Both the position numbers and the translations under genes were made by a program. Below are positions 1 to 12,270 of a stretch of DNA of 64,000 nucleotides, one piece after another; positions within the stretch are counted from its first letter, which is position 1, and the number at the start of each line of letters is the position of its first letter. Source of the DNA: Lytechinus pictus (Eukaryota); NCBI RefSeq assembly GCF_037042905.1, contig NC_087245.1, positions 32,366,001-32,430,000 of the forward strand. The letters are read 5' to 3'. The notes under the pieces are model-generated. The model was not told the DNA's origin, ran no database searches, and saw only the letters and a list, made by a program, of their open reading frames with translations.

Positions 1-370
1 ACGAAATGTTGCATGGCTTTGCATAAAGATGCTCCCAATGCTGTTGACACCAATGAAGGTTTGTTCACCTAGAGAAGGGATCGAGGTGGTCTTATCAAAC
101 CATGATAAGACATTTTCAGAATTGTGAAAATTACAGATATGATTTTTAGGTGGGTATACATGCAGTCTTCTAACATGTGCATAATCTTTGGTTTCGCTTT
201 GTTTAATATTTTGGTACTAAATTTATTTCATTCCAATTGTTTTTTTTTTAAACAAGCGTGAAGCGCGAGCTGAAGTTTTCGTCAGATTTAGAGTTAAAAA
301 CAGAACATTCAACGTAATGTGACCATGAAGAATTTGGGCATAGATCTAACCAACTGTTGCAAGTTGCAAG

Positions 371-506
371 ACTGGAACCTCAAAAAACGAAAAGTTCTCT
401 CCTTTTACCCCCGTCTCGATCGGCCATTTTTGTTATGAATCGTAACAAATGGCCGATCGAGACTGTGGTAGAAGGAGAGAACTTTTCGTTTTTTTGAGGT
501 TCCAGT
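371..506. mobile_element. Palindromic MITE-like hairpin (arms of about 65 bp)
   Basis: actggaacctcaaaaaacgaaaagttctctcc..ggagagaacttttcgtttttttgaggttccagt with inner arms tctcgatcggccattt/aaatggccgatcgaga. Confidence 0.7.
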
Positions 507-805
507 TTGTGCCCAGATGTCAGGAAACTGCCACTCGTTAGACCTTCATCCATATAATCGTGGTAAGTGCATAATTTCTGTTTTCACAATTCATTTGGAG
601 AAATATTTAGACCATAAATCACCCTTGTCCCGTGAGTATGGTCAAATACACGGTAAGCCCCTGGGCTCCCGCCCGCGCAGCGGGCGGGAGCTCCCTGGGT
701 TAGGGAATGGCAGCCAGTTTACATGGTAGGCACAGCGCAGCTCCGTGCATGCTATTATGACTCAGTGCTCTAGCTTTATTTTAATCCACCTCTATGGCCT
801 CTTAC

Positions 806-1035
806 CACTGCCTGGTCATGTGATGTGTCACATGATCACTATGGAGTGTAGAGTCTTGCTCCCCCTGCCAGTACTGTATCACCACACTGTCACTAAGCTC
901 TGCCCAACCTGTTCCATACAGTTTGCTGCTTCCAGGGACTCTTGAAGAGGTGTGGTGATGAGGCTCAATCTGAAGGACTCCCTCTCTTGTCAGACTTTGA
1001 TCAGCAATAAAGACTTCTTCTTCATCTGACCACTC
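806..1035 (-). CDS. TUBGCP5: TUBGCP5 coding exon 6 (EWSDEEEV...VVIQYWQG...HHMTRQW); gene continues beyond the window start
   Basis: 230 bp, phase 0 to 2; WSxEEE and VVxQYW motifs as in GCP5; donor gtaaga; an alternative in-frame acceptor at 1059 is possible. Confidence 0.88.
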
Positions 1036-1088
1036 CTTTAAAAAAAAGAAAAGGTATTCCTGAAATATATTTGTATTAATATGTAATG

Positions 1089-1177
1089 CTACTATCTATT
1101 ACTACTACTCCTACTCCTACTAATACTACTACTACTACTACTACCACTATTACTACTACTTCTACTACTACCACTAT

Positions 1178-1219
<42 letters not shown>

Positions 1220-1283
1220 TACTACTACTACTACCAATAGTACTATTTCTTCTTCTACTACTACTACTACCACCAGCACAAGC

Positions 1284-1341
<58 letters not shown>

Positions 1342-1428
1342 ACTCTACTACTAACTCTACTACTACTACTACATGTACTACTACTTCTACTACTATTTCT
1401 TCTACTACTATTACTACTACTATTTCTT

Positions 1429-1518
<90 letters not shown>

Positions 1519-1519
1519 G

Positions 1520-1556
<37 letters not shown>
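1089..1556. repeat. (ACT)n microsatellite with an (ACC)n interruption, filling a TUBGCP5 intron
   Basis: Directly visible; explains the poly-T, poly-V and poly-S ORFs. Confidence 0.98.
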
Positions 1557-1568
1557 GAACAACTTTAC

Positions 1569-1651
1569 CTCTTCAGAAGAATCTTGGAATGATTTTAAAG
1601 GTTCAAGACCTTCCAGTAGGTAACCAGTCCAGTCAAATTTGGGTTCAGGAG
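1569..1651 (-). CDS. TUBGCP5: TUBGCP5 coding exon 5 (APEPKFDWTGYLLEGLEPLKSFQDSSEE)
   Basis: 83 bp, phase 1 to 0; FDWxxYL motif of GCP5; acceptor gtctag, donor gtaaag. Confidence 0.9.
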
Positions 1652-2131
1652 CTAGACAGAAATTGTGAAGACAAGTATTGCTGAAAACAATCACTGTCAA
1701 TAACGAATGCAACCCAAATCGGGTTTCCATTAACAAGTGGAATGACACTGGCAGCCTCGTCTGCATTATGCAATTTGACGTAGAAGCAGTGTTGACTTTG
1801 TGACATTGAATATTCAAAATTTTCTGTTCTACCTCTGAATATACAATGCAATAGATCATCATGCTCAATAACCCTTCACAATAATTCAATGAAAAAGAAA
1901 AAATGATTAAGGTCTGATAAGAAAAATAAGTATATGCATACAGCTGATTTACATGTAGTTATCCTACATGTATGCACATTCAAATTTACTAACTATGAAA
2001 AAAATAATGCAAAAAAATCCAAATTAAACAAGATTTTGTGATAATGGACACATAACAATAGATAACACATGATTTTTAAAGTGATTTGGTCAGTGTGAAT
2101 TGAAAACTTTCATTTCATCTTCATATCTTAC

Positions 2132-2228
2132 CTGCCTCATGCTTTGGTTCTCTCTCTTGAAATGCAGCATTGATTGGAGAGTTTGATAAATTGAGCAAAA
2201 GTGACAGCACTGCATAGTGACCCTCAGT
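2132..2228 (-). CDS. TUBGCP5: TUBGCP5 coding exon 4 (TEGHYAVLSLLLNLSNSPINAAFQEREPKHEA)
   Basis: 97 bp, phase 0 to 1; matches recalled GCP5 TDAHYSILSLLLCLSDSP; acceptor tcatag, donor gtaaga. Confidence 0.92.
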
Positions 2229-3478
2229 CTATGACAAAAATAATTGAAAAAATAGAAATATAGATACATGTATCTATCTGAAAATAAAAAAACAGACATA
2301 CTGAAGCTCTTCAACATGCACTCATCGGATTAAAATCGTGTGAATGAACAGAACGAAACAGTGTATACAGTACATGTATAATATGGTTCCATGACATTTG
2401 CTCCATTGTAAATTCCACACACTAATGGAATGATTTAACACTATGTCCTATCCTAAACCTCACCCTAAACCTAACATAAAACCCTATTGCAACACTAACC
2501 CTAACCCTATATCTTAACACGAAATAAAGCCTGGAGCAATTGTCGCTGGAGCAGATATCGTGTCACCTATAATATAACTGAAAAAACCCATGGACAGCCA
2601 ATGTTCTTGAATGTTGAGTTGTCAACAACATACACACTATATGTATATTGCTTCATTTTAGAATTCTGTGCATTCATGTTATTTTATTCGGATAAAACCA
2701 TGTTGGAAAGCTTCAGTATTTCTGATTTTGATGCTATTTTCCTACTTTAAGTACCAAACGCTTATTTAAATATATCTTTGACTTACTTTGTATCAACAAT
2801 GGATGATAGGCATTATGTCCCTCAATACAAAACCAATGCCATTATTCATAACAACATTTTAAGCCTGAATCATATCGCTTATTTGGTAAACTTGTGCCAT
2901 TATTCATGAAAACAATAACATGACAAAACAAGTTTATAATATATGTGGGCCCTAATGACTGAATAAAATCTATCATTCAGTGCCGGATAGTTTTACTGTT
3001 AAACATATAGTTTTATTGTTAAACAGCACAAACAAATGGACACAATATCATCAAGGGAAACTATTCTGTTAGCCTGAATTTTAGTTGCTTCGGACAATAT
3101 AGTGCAGATGTAAATGACTCAAAAGACATAGTAGCAATGCTGATCGTTTACAAAATGGATAAAAATTTAATTACAGTACTTCAATGACTCATAAGCACTG
3201 AATCAAACAATAGTATATGCTAAGAGGATAAATTCAATTCAATTTCAGTTTATTAAATAAAAAACATAATACATGTATACAATGCTGCAGTCAGAAGACC
3301 AAGAATGCACTGTTTACACTTAATATGATTTACGTCTAGAGAGATTGCATATACGATTATTAGAAGCTGTTTGGTAGAGACATTAATGCAGATTTGATAT
3401 AATAAAAACAAGCTTGAGATTGCAATCATAATATTCTGCAGTCAAGTATCTCCATATTGGACATACAATTCAAAAGAA

Positions 3479-4283
3479 AAACTAGAAATTTGACAGATGC
3501 CCCTGCTTAACGCGATCAGAAATTCATTCAATATGATTGATCGTGCAGAAACCAATATGCATACATGTATATAATGAATAAATTTAGACCTTTGACCTAA
3601 AGACTCACCCTTTCAATAATAATCTCGGACAGAAGATATGACAGTCAGGTCATTTGATGTGACGTGACTGTATTTTGGTGTCATCTACCCAGACACCAAA
3701 CATTTTTAATATCTGGTGAATATTTCGAAAGTTATCACGTGGAAACCAACTCGCACATACAATGAGCAGTGACTTTTGACCTGCGGACTCAGAATTCAAA
3801 CTTAGCCTGCATTTTGGTGTCATCTACCTACACACCAAAAATCGTTTAAATCCGTTGAATATTTCATAAGTTATCATGCGAAAACCAACTCGCATATTTA
3901 ATGAGCTGTGACCTTTGACCTGCGGACTCCGAATTCAAACTTAGCCTGTATTTTGGTGTCATCTACCTATACACCAACAATCTTTTAAATCTGTTGAATA
4001 TTTCATAACATATCATGCGGAAACCAACTCGCATATTTAATGAGCTGTGACCTTTGACCTGCGGACTCCGAATTCAAACTTAGCCTGTATTTTGGTGTCA
4101 TCTACCTACACACCAATTTTTTTTTTAATCCGTTGAATATTTCAACAAGTTATCGGAAACCAACTCGCATATTTTAATGAGCTGTGACCTTTGACCTGCG
4201 GAGTCTGAATTCAAACTTAGACTCTCACAGACAGGGGGAACGCTTAATGCCCCCTCCGGACTTCGTCTGCGGGGGCATAAAAA
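3479..4283 (-). mobile_element. Non-autonomous Helentron/HINE (DINE-1-like) element with four 139-bp internal tandem repeats
   Basis: On the minus strand it begins TTTTTATGCCCCC with a short hairpin and ends TTCTAGTT, with a subterminal ATGCCCC inverted repeat; units start at 3669, 3808, 3947 and 4086. Confidence 0.7.
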
Positions 4284-4359
4284 TCAGGATTTTCATTTGC
4301 ATTTTTAAACAGGGATTTATAATTCAATTATCGCAGCAGTCATAAGCGTATTTTATTAC

Positions 4360-4471
4360 CTTAGTGTGTTTATTTTTCTCCGAAAGGGGAGATTCCAGGA
4401 ATGCCTTCACCGATCTATCTAGTGCAGTAGCTTTCTCCGCCAGGGAATGGATCAACAATTTCTCTCTGATT
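4360..4471 (-). CDS. TUBGCP5: TUBGCP5 coding exon 3 (IREKLLIHSLAEKATALDRSVKAFLESPLSEKNKHTK)
   Basis: 112 bp, phase 2 to 0; matches recalled GCP5 IYEKFVIHSDLSKA..FLNAPL; canonical splice sites. Confidence 0.9.
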
Positions 4472-4523
4472 CTAGGAAGAGGGAGGAAGAAAAGTATGGA
4501 GATTAAATTTCCAGCACTGTTGC

Positions 4524-4659
4524 ATAAAAGTTACTATTATGGTAACTTTGCCATCTGCTACCATGGTAATGATGATCAACAGCCAATCAGAATCAAGGAT
4601 TTTATGCAAGTTACCACAATACCATTGGATGGCAAAGTTACCATAATAGCAACTTTTAT
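4524..4659. mobile_element. Small MITE with about 32-bp inverted repeats
   Basis: ataaaagttactattatggtaactttgccatc / gatggcaaagttaccataatagcaacttttat. Confidence 0.65.
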
Positions 4660-5311
4660 ATCCCATTCTTAAAGATTGTCGCATTGAGAGTGTACACACA
4701 AGAAGAAAAAGCATAGTTTTACTACGAAAATGTTTGCCATGAAACAGTTCATTTTCCTTGCTGACGTCACATCTAGTCAATTTTTTCCCTAGGGAAAAAT
4801 TAACTATACGTTTTTTTGACCCCCCCCCCTCGATTCGCGAGCTGTGCGACGCGCTATAGCTCAGCTAGTCATGACCATACGCGCTGCATGCATGCACGGG
4901 AAAGTTTCGGCGAGCTGCGCTGGGTCGGTATGCACTACTCAAGTGCGCTTGCACTTGCAGAAACGGCCATCTTTTGATCATCGAGAGTTTTGGATCGCTT
5001 TATTCTGCAACTTCATACAGGAACATTAGATTGAGAGAAGCATAGCAAGGTGAGTCAATTAAGATCCGATGCAACTAACGTTAGCCGGCCAGCGCGTTGC
5101 AATTTGACTTGAGTGAAAAAGCAGCAGGAGCGCAGCTCAGCGGACCTCTCATTAACCAGAGTCGGGTAGAAGCTGCACGCAGGCCTACCCAGGAGCTGTA
5201 AAGCATTCGCTCAGGCGCTAGGTCTAGACCGTCTGTTTTTTAGCCAGGACGATCTAACGTTTTGGTCTAGATTGGTTACAGAACAGTTCTCACTTACAGA
5301 AGGGATAAAAC

Positions 5312-5457
5312 AAATATATCAGGCGTTTCCTTCGAAAGCGTAGTGGGAATTATTAATCCTCGCGGTTGGATTGGAAATATTACTATTGTAATAGTAATTG
5401 CCAGACCACCCTCGGATGAATATTTCCCACTATACTTTCTCAAAGCCTGATATATTT
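5312..5457. repeat. Imperfect palindrome (MITE-like)
   Basis: aaatatatcaggc/gcctgatatattt, tagtgggaa/ttcccacta, centre attactatt-gt-aatagtaat. Confidence 0.6.
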
Positions 5458-5629
5458 GTATATCATGCAATGGGGCCCAGGGGGATGTTTCACAAATTTT
5501 AAGAGTGATATAGAGTCATGCTAATATGTTGATGCACATTTTATTTGACGCACAAGCTCATTGACTAATTTGCAGTAGTGTGTATCCTCTGAGCATGATG
5601 TGGCATTTATGCGGTGATACATTGTAACC

Positions 5630-5830
5630 GGTAAATTGCCAATTCGTCTACTGCCAACTCGTCCACCCACCACATGGTCAACCTTCATTTTGTCTAATGC
5701 CATTTCGTTCACCAACATTTCGTCTAACAACCATTTGGCCAATAACCATTTGGTCCAAACACCATTTCGTCTTTGACCATTTCGTCTCATTACCAGTTGG
5801 TCTAATCGTTTTATTTTCATTCATTTTGCC
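5630..5830. repeat. Degenerate 15-bp tandem repeat (ccatttcgtcta..), probable DNA-transposon subterminal array
   Basis: Periodic ccatttcgtc/ccatttggtc motif. Confidence 0.6.
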
Positions 5831-5851
5831 CAATTAAATTGAATTACTTAC

Positions 5852-5958
5852 CCACTCAATGTTCTTGTAATTTTGTGACTGTCAGGATCCAGATAGCGAT
5901 GGAATCTGAAGTTTGACTGCACAAACTGAAAGGTCCGTCTTAGATTCTCCGAACCCTC
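5852..5958 (-). CDS. TUBGCP5: TUBGCP5 coding exon 2 (EGSENLRRTFQFVQSNFRFHRYLDPDSHKITRTLSG)
   Basis: Contains the GCP5 motif SNFRFHR(F/Y)LD..SHKI; acceptor ttacag, donor gtaagt; 107 bp, phase 0 to 2. Confidence 0.93.
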
Positions 5959-7164
5959 CTGTAACAGAGAGAAAATGAATGTAGCAATGAAGATCACATA
6001 AAGCTGTGGTGAGCTATGAATGCACTCCATATAAAGGTGCACTGTTGCTATTTGGTGAGGCATCGAATCCTCATTATCAAGTCCCGCAGAGAGGACCTTA
6101 CCCTTCAATATTCTTGGAGTATTGAGTCTTGTCAGTACTGGAAGGGAGGGGCATAATGACCCCCTTTTAGACTCCAGCTGCAGACTGCATGATCGTGACA
6201 AAAAATTGCATTATGGCAGAAAACTACATAATTTAGGTGTTTGGGATATGGTCACAACCCCCAAAATTAGCTTGCTCGGTGACCGGGCAGCAAGTTTTAA
6301 GCCAATTGCCTGGGTACCGCTCAAGATTTAATTTCTCGTGGAGTTAAAATTCTGGCGGTGCCTGCTCACTTTTGAATATTCATGAGTAGGAGTATAGATG
6401 GAGATCTGATGTAAATGCGAAACGATCCTGATCTATATTCATGAATCGAGTTGCGATTTCCGCGCATGCGCAATTTGCGATGTTTTGGAATCGGCAGTGG
6501 ATTATTACGTGTGAGGAAACCGATACTGGCTCTAAATCACAAATTTTGAGACTGATAGAAGCTTGGAAAAGAAATCAAACTTTGTGAAATGTGAGAATAT
6601 TATTTCTTATTGTTTGTAAAGGTCGTGTTGTTGCACGAGTTTTATATTTCCCCCCATTAAGTTCCACCTTTGTCACTCAGAGTATCAGAGCGAGTTTTGT
6701 ACCTTGATGTTCAGGTAGATGTAGCGGTAGTGAAGTGGAGTGGAGCCTACATGAACATCACTTGAGGTAAGAACATATATGATGGGGGAGTGGAAATACA
6801 TACCAAAATATGGCTTTATTCCGTCAAATTTCGAGTCCATAGACATCGGATGATCGGTTTACTTAGTCAGTAAAGGGTCTGTGAGTATAGACTAGTCGAA
6901 CTATCGGATTATAATCATTAAAATACCCCTTCCGGTATCACTATCAGCGCTCTCGCTAGCATAGCGGGAAGAGGTCTCTTGACTTGCTTGAGTTGACTGC
7001 AGATAAAACGAGGTAAGTATGTAAGCAAGAGTACTAAAAAAATGATACTGATAGAAAAATCTGAAGTGAACGAAGCGGAAGCCGAAGGAAGTCTCAACTT
7101 TCTTTTGTTATTTTTGGTGGGGGGTGCAAATGGAACTCTTTCCCAACAAATATTTAATACACAG

Positions 7165-8927
7165 GGGGGGGGGGGTATTCTGAAAGTCTCATAAGTTTCC
7201 TCATAAGTTACCCATTAATGGAGCACTAATAGACCCCCAAATTCGTATTCTGAAAACTCCATTAGTGCTCAATTAACTCCCTTTAGGCCACTCCTCTACT
7301 GATCTAAATTGGCCAATCAAATGCGCTCTTACGATGTAAAATTGTTTACTAGCGTGCAGTGTATCTTCACTTTGCTGGCTTGCAGCGCAGCACCGAGCTG
7401 CTGCAGGTGCACTGCGCTGCAATCTTGATACAAAGAATTTTTGCTGAAAAATAATGCTAAAAGTTTTTGCATCAGAGCTTAGAATTCGTTATGTTGTTGA
7501 AGTTAATTGTTGTCTTGCCCCTTTCTCTTTCATCTTTCTTTTTTTTTCATTCTTTTTTTTTAATTTCGAACTCTTTTGATTTTCACATCCACCTGTTTGA
7601 ATCCATTTATTTTGTAGCTTTCTTTGTTTTTTCTTGTAAAATATTTTATTTGCCTCTGTCTCCTGCTTATTTTAAATATAACATACTTTTCATTTTATTA
7701 CATGGGAAATCTGCTCCAACAAAATGCTGATTTGAATAAAAAGATTTTAACAATCAGACAAGCATAATAAATCTAAAATTTTCTCAAAATCGGAAGTACA
7801 AAAGTTATGATATTTTAGATGGGGAAAACGATGGCATCGCTCACTCACAATTTTTTATTGTACATTTTTCTATGAGAGAATATTCATTTAAATACTAGAG
7901 GTGTCTATTCTTATTTGTATTATCAGAAACAAATTTTGATTCATCCCTGAACATTGCTGCACCTACCGTGATTTGGTAATCTCAATAAACTGTCAAGATA
8001 ATGAGCAAAAATAAACTGTATGATGCTAATAATAAAAGAAAATATAGAAAATAATAAAGTTATATTTCCAATATGTACACAATTTCTGTTTCCCTTTTTT
8101 CTAATTTCTTTATTACCAAATATAGTCCCTATTCCTTATTTTAGGCCTATACTCGTTTCTTTAAAACCTTCTTACTTTCTGCTTAATTCTTTTCCTTCCT
8201 CCTACTTTTGGTCACAGTAGTAAACCAATTTGATGTTATTTACAAGAAATGAAAGCCACAATTAGCAAGAGATGATGAGAGTTAATGGACATCTTATCAC
8301 CATTATTTTTCCCCATTGGAATGTCCGCTAATTGAGTGCTATGACTATGAGACTTTTCAAAATTTCAGAATACCAAGTCTCGTAACTTCTTCTTCTTCTT
8401 CAAGCTACACTGCCTCCTTCAATCCTGAAGATTCTTGCAGTATTGTAGTACCGGGGACCGGCAGGTGCAATACGCCGGGTGAACACCCTACTCTTTGACG
8501 AATAGTGTATTGGTTTTAACGTGCATAGGTTGTGACTCTCCTATACACGGGACCAACATTTGCGTCCTTTCCGATGGACGGAGTGTTTTCCAACTGCATT
8601 CACACCCGCACTGAACACAGCGGTGAGGCACGTTAACACACAACGCTAGCATCAGTTTTATTGTTAGACGTCTTCCGGCATGCTGCGGGACTCGAACCCA
8701 CGCACGTTGAGATCTACGATCTTTTCCGGAACAGGCGCTCTAACCGACTGAGCTACGTTGCCTCCTACTCAATTAAGTCTTCGCGCGATCATAACACGTA
8801 CTATTGCAAGTGCGCGCAACGCACCGCTGCCAAATAAATAAGGAAAGGAGCACTTAAGTGACTTTTTAGAATACCAAAATGCTAATTGAGCGCTAAATTG
8901 ACCGCTGATTAAGCTTTCAGAATAGGC
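7165..8927. mobile_element. PIF/Harbinger-like non-autonomous element in TUBGCP5 intron 1, carrying a nested SINE
   Basis: TIRs GG..TATTCTGAAAG / CTTTCAGAATAGGC, flanked by CAG on both sides (possible 3-bp TSD). Confidence 0.55.
8386..8762 (-). mobile_element. tRNA-derived SINE with Deu/Nin-like core and (AAG)n tail
   Basis: A box TAGCTCAGTCGGTTAGAGC, B box GGTTCGAGTCCC; core ..cggaaaggacgc..cactattcgtcaaagagtaggg..cccgg resembles the recalled DeuSINE domain. Confidence 0.8.
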
Positions 8928-9011
8928 CAGGACAGGCTCAAGCCACAGCTCGCAGCCGCGCCGCGGCAGCTTTGAAAGTTATATCTACGGTACTAGGGCC
9001 TAGGCACTCCT

Positions 9012-11512
9012 AGTAGGTATGTGCGAATACGGGCGCATCTCGAGCGCTGGTTTTGGCTGCACGGTTTTCGCGCGGGTTTTGCTGCAAGTGGCATCGCCTC
9101 TGTCTGGGCGGCTCATCGAAAATGGGGTTTCATGCGCATGCGCACATAGTTGATGCAATCTCGTGCCTTGATACAGACAGTTGAAAATGTGCTCTTTCTG
9201 TACATATAAGTTTCAATGTGGATACTCGCCTGTGAAGTGTGGATATCGGAGCTTGAAAGTTCATCAAATTTTTGGATGCGCAAATGATCGAAATTTTTTT
9301 ATGGTAAGTAGAACTACGATCCAATTATGTATCTAAATTGTTTTAGAATATATTCAAGTATATAAAAAATGTCAAATCAAACGATTCTATCGTGACGCAG
9401 TCCAGATATAAGCGAAGCGAGCTACCCTTGTCACAGCCGGTCTCTCGGCAGTCGAGCTGCCCGATGCGGTGGGCTCGCGACGGTCTTTCGGCAGTCGAGC
9501 TACCGGTACCCGATGCGGAGGGCTTGGTGACGGGAGTGGTCGATAGTGAGTCGTTCATGCTGGATTGAACTGGATCTAAATTGTTCACTTGATAATATTG
9601 TGCCTTTTTCTGAAAATGTCTGTCATTATACCGTAGATTGTTATTCTGATATTGATTTAAATATATACATTTTGTCACAAAAACATTCTTTCCTCCTAAG
9701 GTTATAGAGTCAACATGAACATGTTTTACTTTGATTGTTCAATCATGTTTTATCATTTGGAAACTGGATTCTTTTGGAAGTGGAATATTAATGTTGACTT
9801 ATTAAATTAAAATGCAAAATCTATAGTGTTTTTTTTTTCTTTTGTAGAAAAAAAAAAAGTTTTGAAACTTTTCAATCATGTTTCATTATTTTGGGACTGG
9901 ATTTGCTTTTGAAAGGGGAATATCATAAATGTTGACTTTTTAATTAAAATGCAAAAATTATGTTTATTATTTAGTTTCTTTTTTTATATATTTTTTTAAA
10001 GTTTCATTTTTTAATTATTGTATTGTTTATTTTTTCATTTTTTGGGGGGGTCATATTTCAATACTTGGAGACTGGATTTGCTTTTGAAAGGAGAATATCT
10101 TAAATGTGATTTTTTTATTAAAATGCACAAACTAGATGTTGTTTATTTTTGTTTGTTGTAATTTTTTCACTCTTATGAGAAAATACATGAAAACTCAGAG
10201 GAAAGGATATTTCATTTCCAGATGGGTCTAACTCCTGTATTTATGTTTTCTTTATTATTAATTGTACTATTTATTTTTTTATTCACTTTTCTTTTTTTAG
10301 GGGTGCAGGTGGGGGTTGTGTTTTGAATTGGAAAATGGGGATGGGATTGGTACAAGTTTTTGTGTCACTTTTGTTTCTCTTGTTTTTAGTGCTTGTTTGG
10401 AGCTTTGATGTCTGTTTTGTTGTTTAAAGCTTTGTTATATATTTTTACTGGTTGCTTTTTGTTTTGTTTTGAAAGAAATAGACCACTCTTTTCCTTTTCT
10501 TTTGGCTTCGACTAATAATTTGAATTTATTTTTCTTTAAAAAGAGAGCTCAAACAGGGCCTTTGTAATACAATGTATGTATACAAATCTAAGAAATTGAC
10601 AACTGATAGAATATATTAAAACTTCATTTTCGTCCTTCTTGATACTTGAAATAAATTGCATACAATTCTACATACATATTTTACACTCAGCTGCTCATTC
10701 CTTCTAAAAAAATGTAATCACATGTCCATTGTCTCTCAAATCAAAAGCTACATATTATAACAAATTGTTGAAACAATAGAATACATAAGGAATTGGTGAA
10801 ACAATCAAATACATCAGAAAAAAACACACATATTTTTATTTGGTCATACAAAGTACAAAATAAATTTTTTATATGTAAAAAAGGACCCCTGTACATACAA
10901 AATTACAATACTAAGTTGAAAAAGAGCTTGTAATTTATATCAGAAAAACAAAGAAATACATTAGAAATTACAAAAACAATACTTTAGACAAATTTATTAG
11001 GAAATTATCTACATGATGCTGTTTTGATGCCAACTAAATTATATGAATTATCTATCATAATCACCTTCATTTGGCAAAATAAAGAGGCGAGTAATTGTGA
11101 TTTTCTGTTTGCATAATTAATTAGAATTAATTAGAAGAAATTATTTTAAACAGAATAAGAAAGATTACAAGATGAATTGATGCACATCAATTGAGCCTTC
11201 TCTCACCTTTCCATTGATACCTAAATTACTTCATAGGGTTAAAAAACAAAGAAGTTAGAGCCTGTTGAAGACTTGGGTTCAAAATGGTCACAAAATGGTC
11301 ACAAAAATCGGTTCTGTACTCCATTGACTTTACATACAGACAATGACCACAAATTTGGATCAATATGTGCGACTTAAACTGGAATAACTTTATAATTTCT
11401 TGATGAAAATTAAAGTTCTTGGTATCATTTTAAAGGTCTTTTTAAGAGCTTTCAAGTGATACCAAATTTATTCATATTTGATGATTTTCATTTTTTTTGT
11501 CACATACCTACT
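9012..11512. mobile_element. 2.5-kb non-autonomous DNA transposon (superfamily unassigned)
   Basis: Perfect 12-bp TIR AGTAGGTATGTG/CACATACCTACT with CCT duplicated on both flanks; no transposase ORF seen. Confidence 0.6.
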
Positions 11513-11924
11513 CCTAGTACCAATGAGGTCCAAACATTACATGTATGGACCTCATAGGCGACAATGCGTTAAAAACAGGTTAGAAGTAGAACCGTTACTG
11601 TTTCCTGCACCCAAGTATGATATTACTCCCTAAATACAATTTTTTTTCTCGTTTGTTTATCATTTATTAAAAGATTGCCCATTAAATATCATATTATTTC
11701 TACTTAAGATTTAATAAAATAAAGGGAAACTTACATTTGAGTCCTTTTTCGATCTTTTCTTGGCAGTCAGTGCGGTCACCGTCGAGTGCGATCAAAGCGG
11801 TATGAAGCTGATTTTCAGATCACGTGATACGTGTAGTCATCTTCTTCTTCTTCTTTCCTTGGTTGGCAACCAGTCAGGATTGACTATTTTTGCCACAGCT
11901 TTTGTTCATTTTCAGTAGCTTATT

Positions 11925-12270
11925 ATAATTTTTTTTCCTTCTCTCTTTTAATATTTTTTTTCTTTTTCCTTCATTTTCTTTTCTGTTATTTTCTTCTTTT
12001 TTTTCCTTCTTTTTCCTGTTCATGTTTTTTTTTTTTCTTTTCTTTTTTGTCTTCTCTTTTCTTTTTCTCTTTTCTTTTCTTTTCTTTTTTTTCTATTTTT
12101 TTCTTTTTCTTTTCTTCTTATTTTTCTTCTTTTGTCTCTTTTTTGTATTCTTTTTCTTTTTTTCTTTTCTTTTCTTTTCTCTTTTTTCTTTTTATTTCTT
12201 TTTCTTTTCTTTTCTTTTCTCTTTTTTCTTTTTATTTCTTTTTCTTTCCCTTCCTTTTCTTTCTTTATTT
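11925..12270. repeat. Polypyrimidine (T/C) low-complexity tract
   Basis: Directly visible; source of the Phe-rich ORFs. Confidence 0.9.

Noticed and set aside
1076..1889. Poly-Thr mucin-like, poly-Val and poly-Ser ORFs
   Set aside because: Translations of an intronic (ACT)n microsatellite; only 1569-1651 is a real exon
2440..2510. Telomere-like TAACCC repeats
   Set aside because: Short, degenerate and embedded in a small MITE-like element; not an interstitial telomere array
3669..4220. Regularly spaced repeats that could be mistaken for a CRISPR array (also 36010-38085 and 55205-56040)
   Set aside because: Whole units are repeated with no unique spacers; eukaryotic context; no cas genes
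8680..8762. Possible tRNA gene (also 29160-29231)
   Set aside because: The tRNA-like heads continue into SINE cores and simple-repeat tails, and the anticodon arms are not canonical
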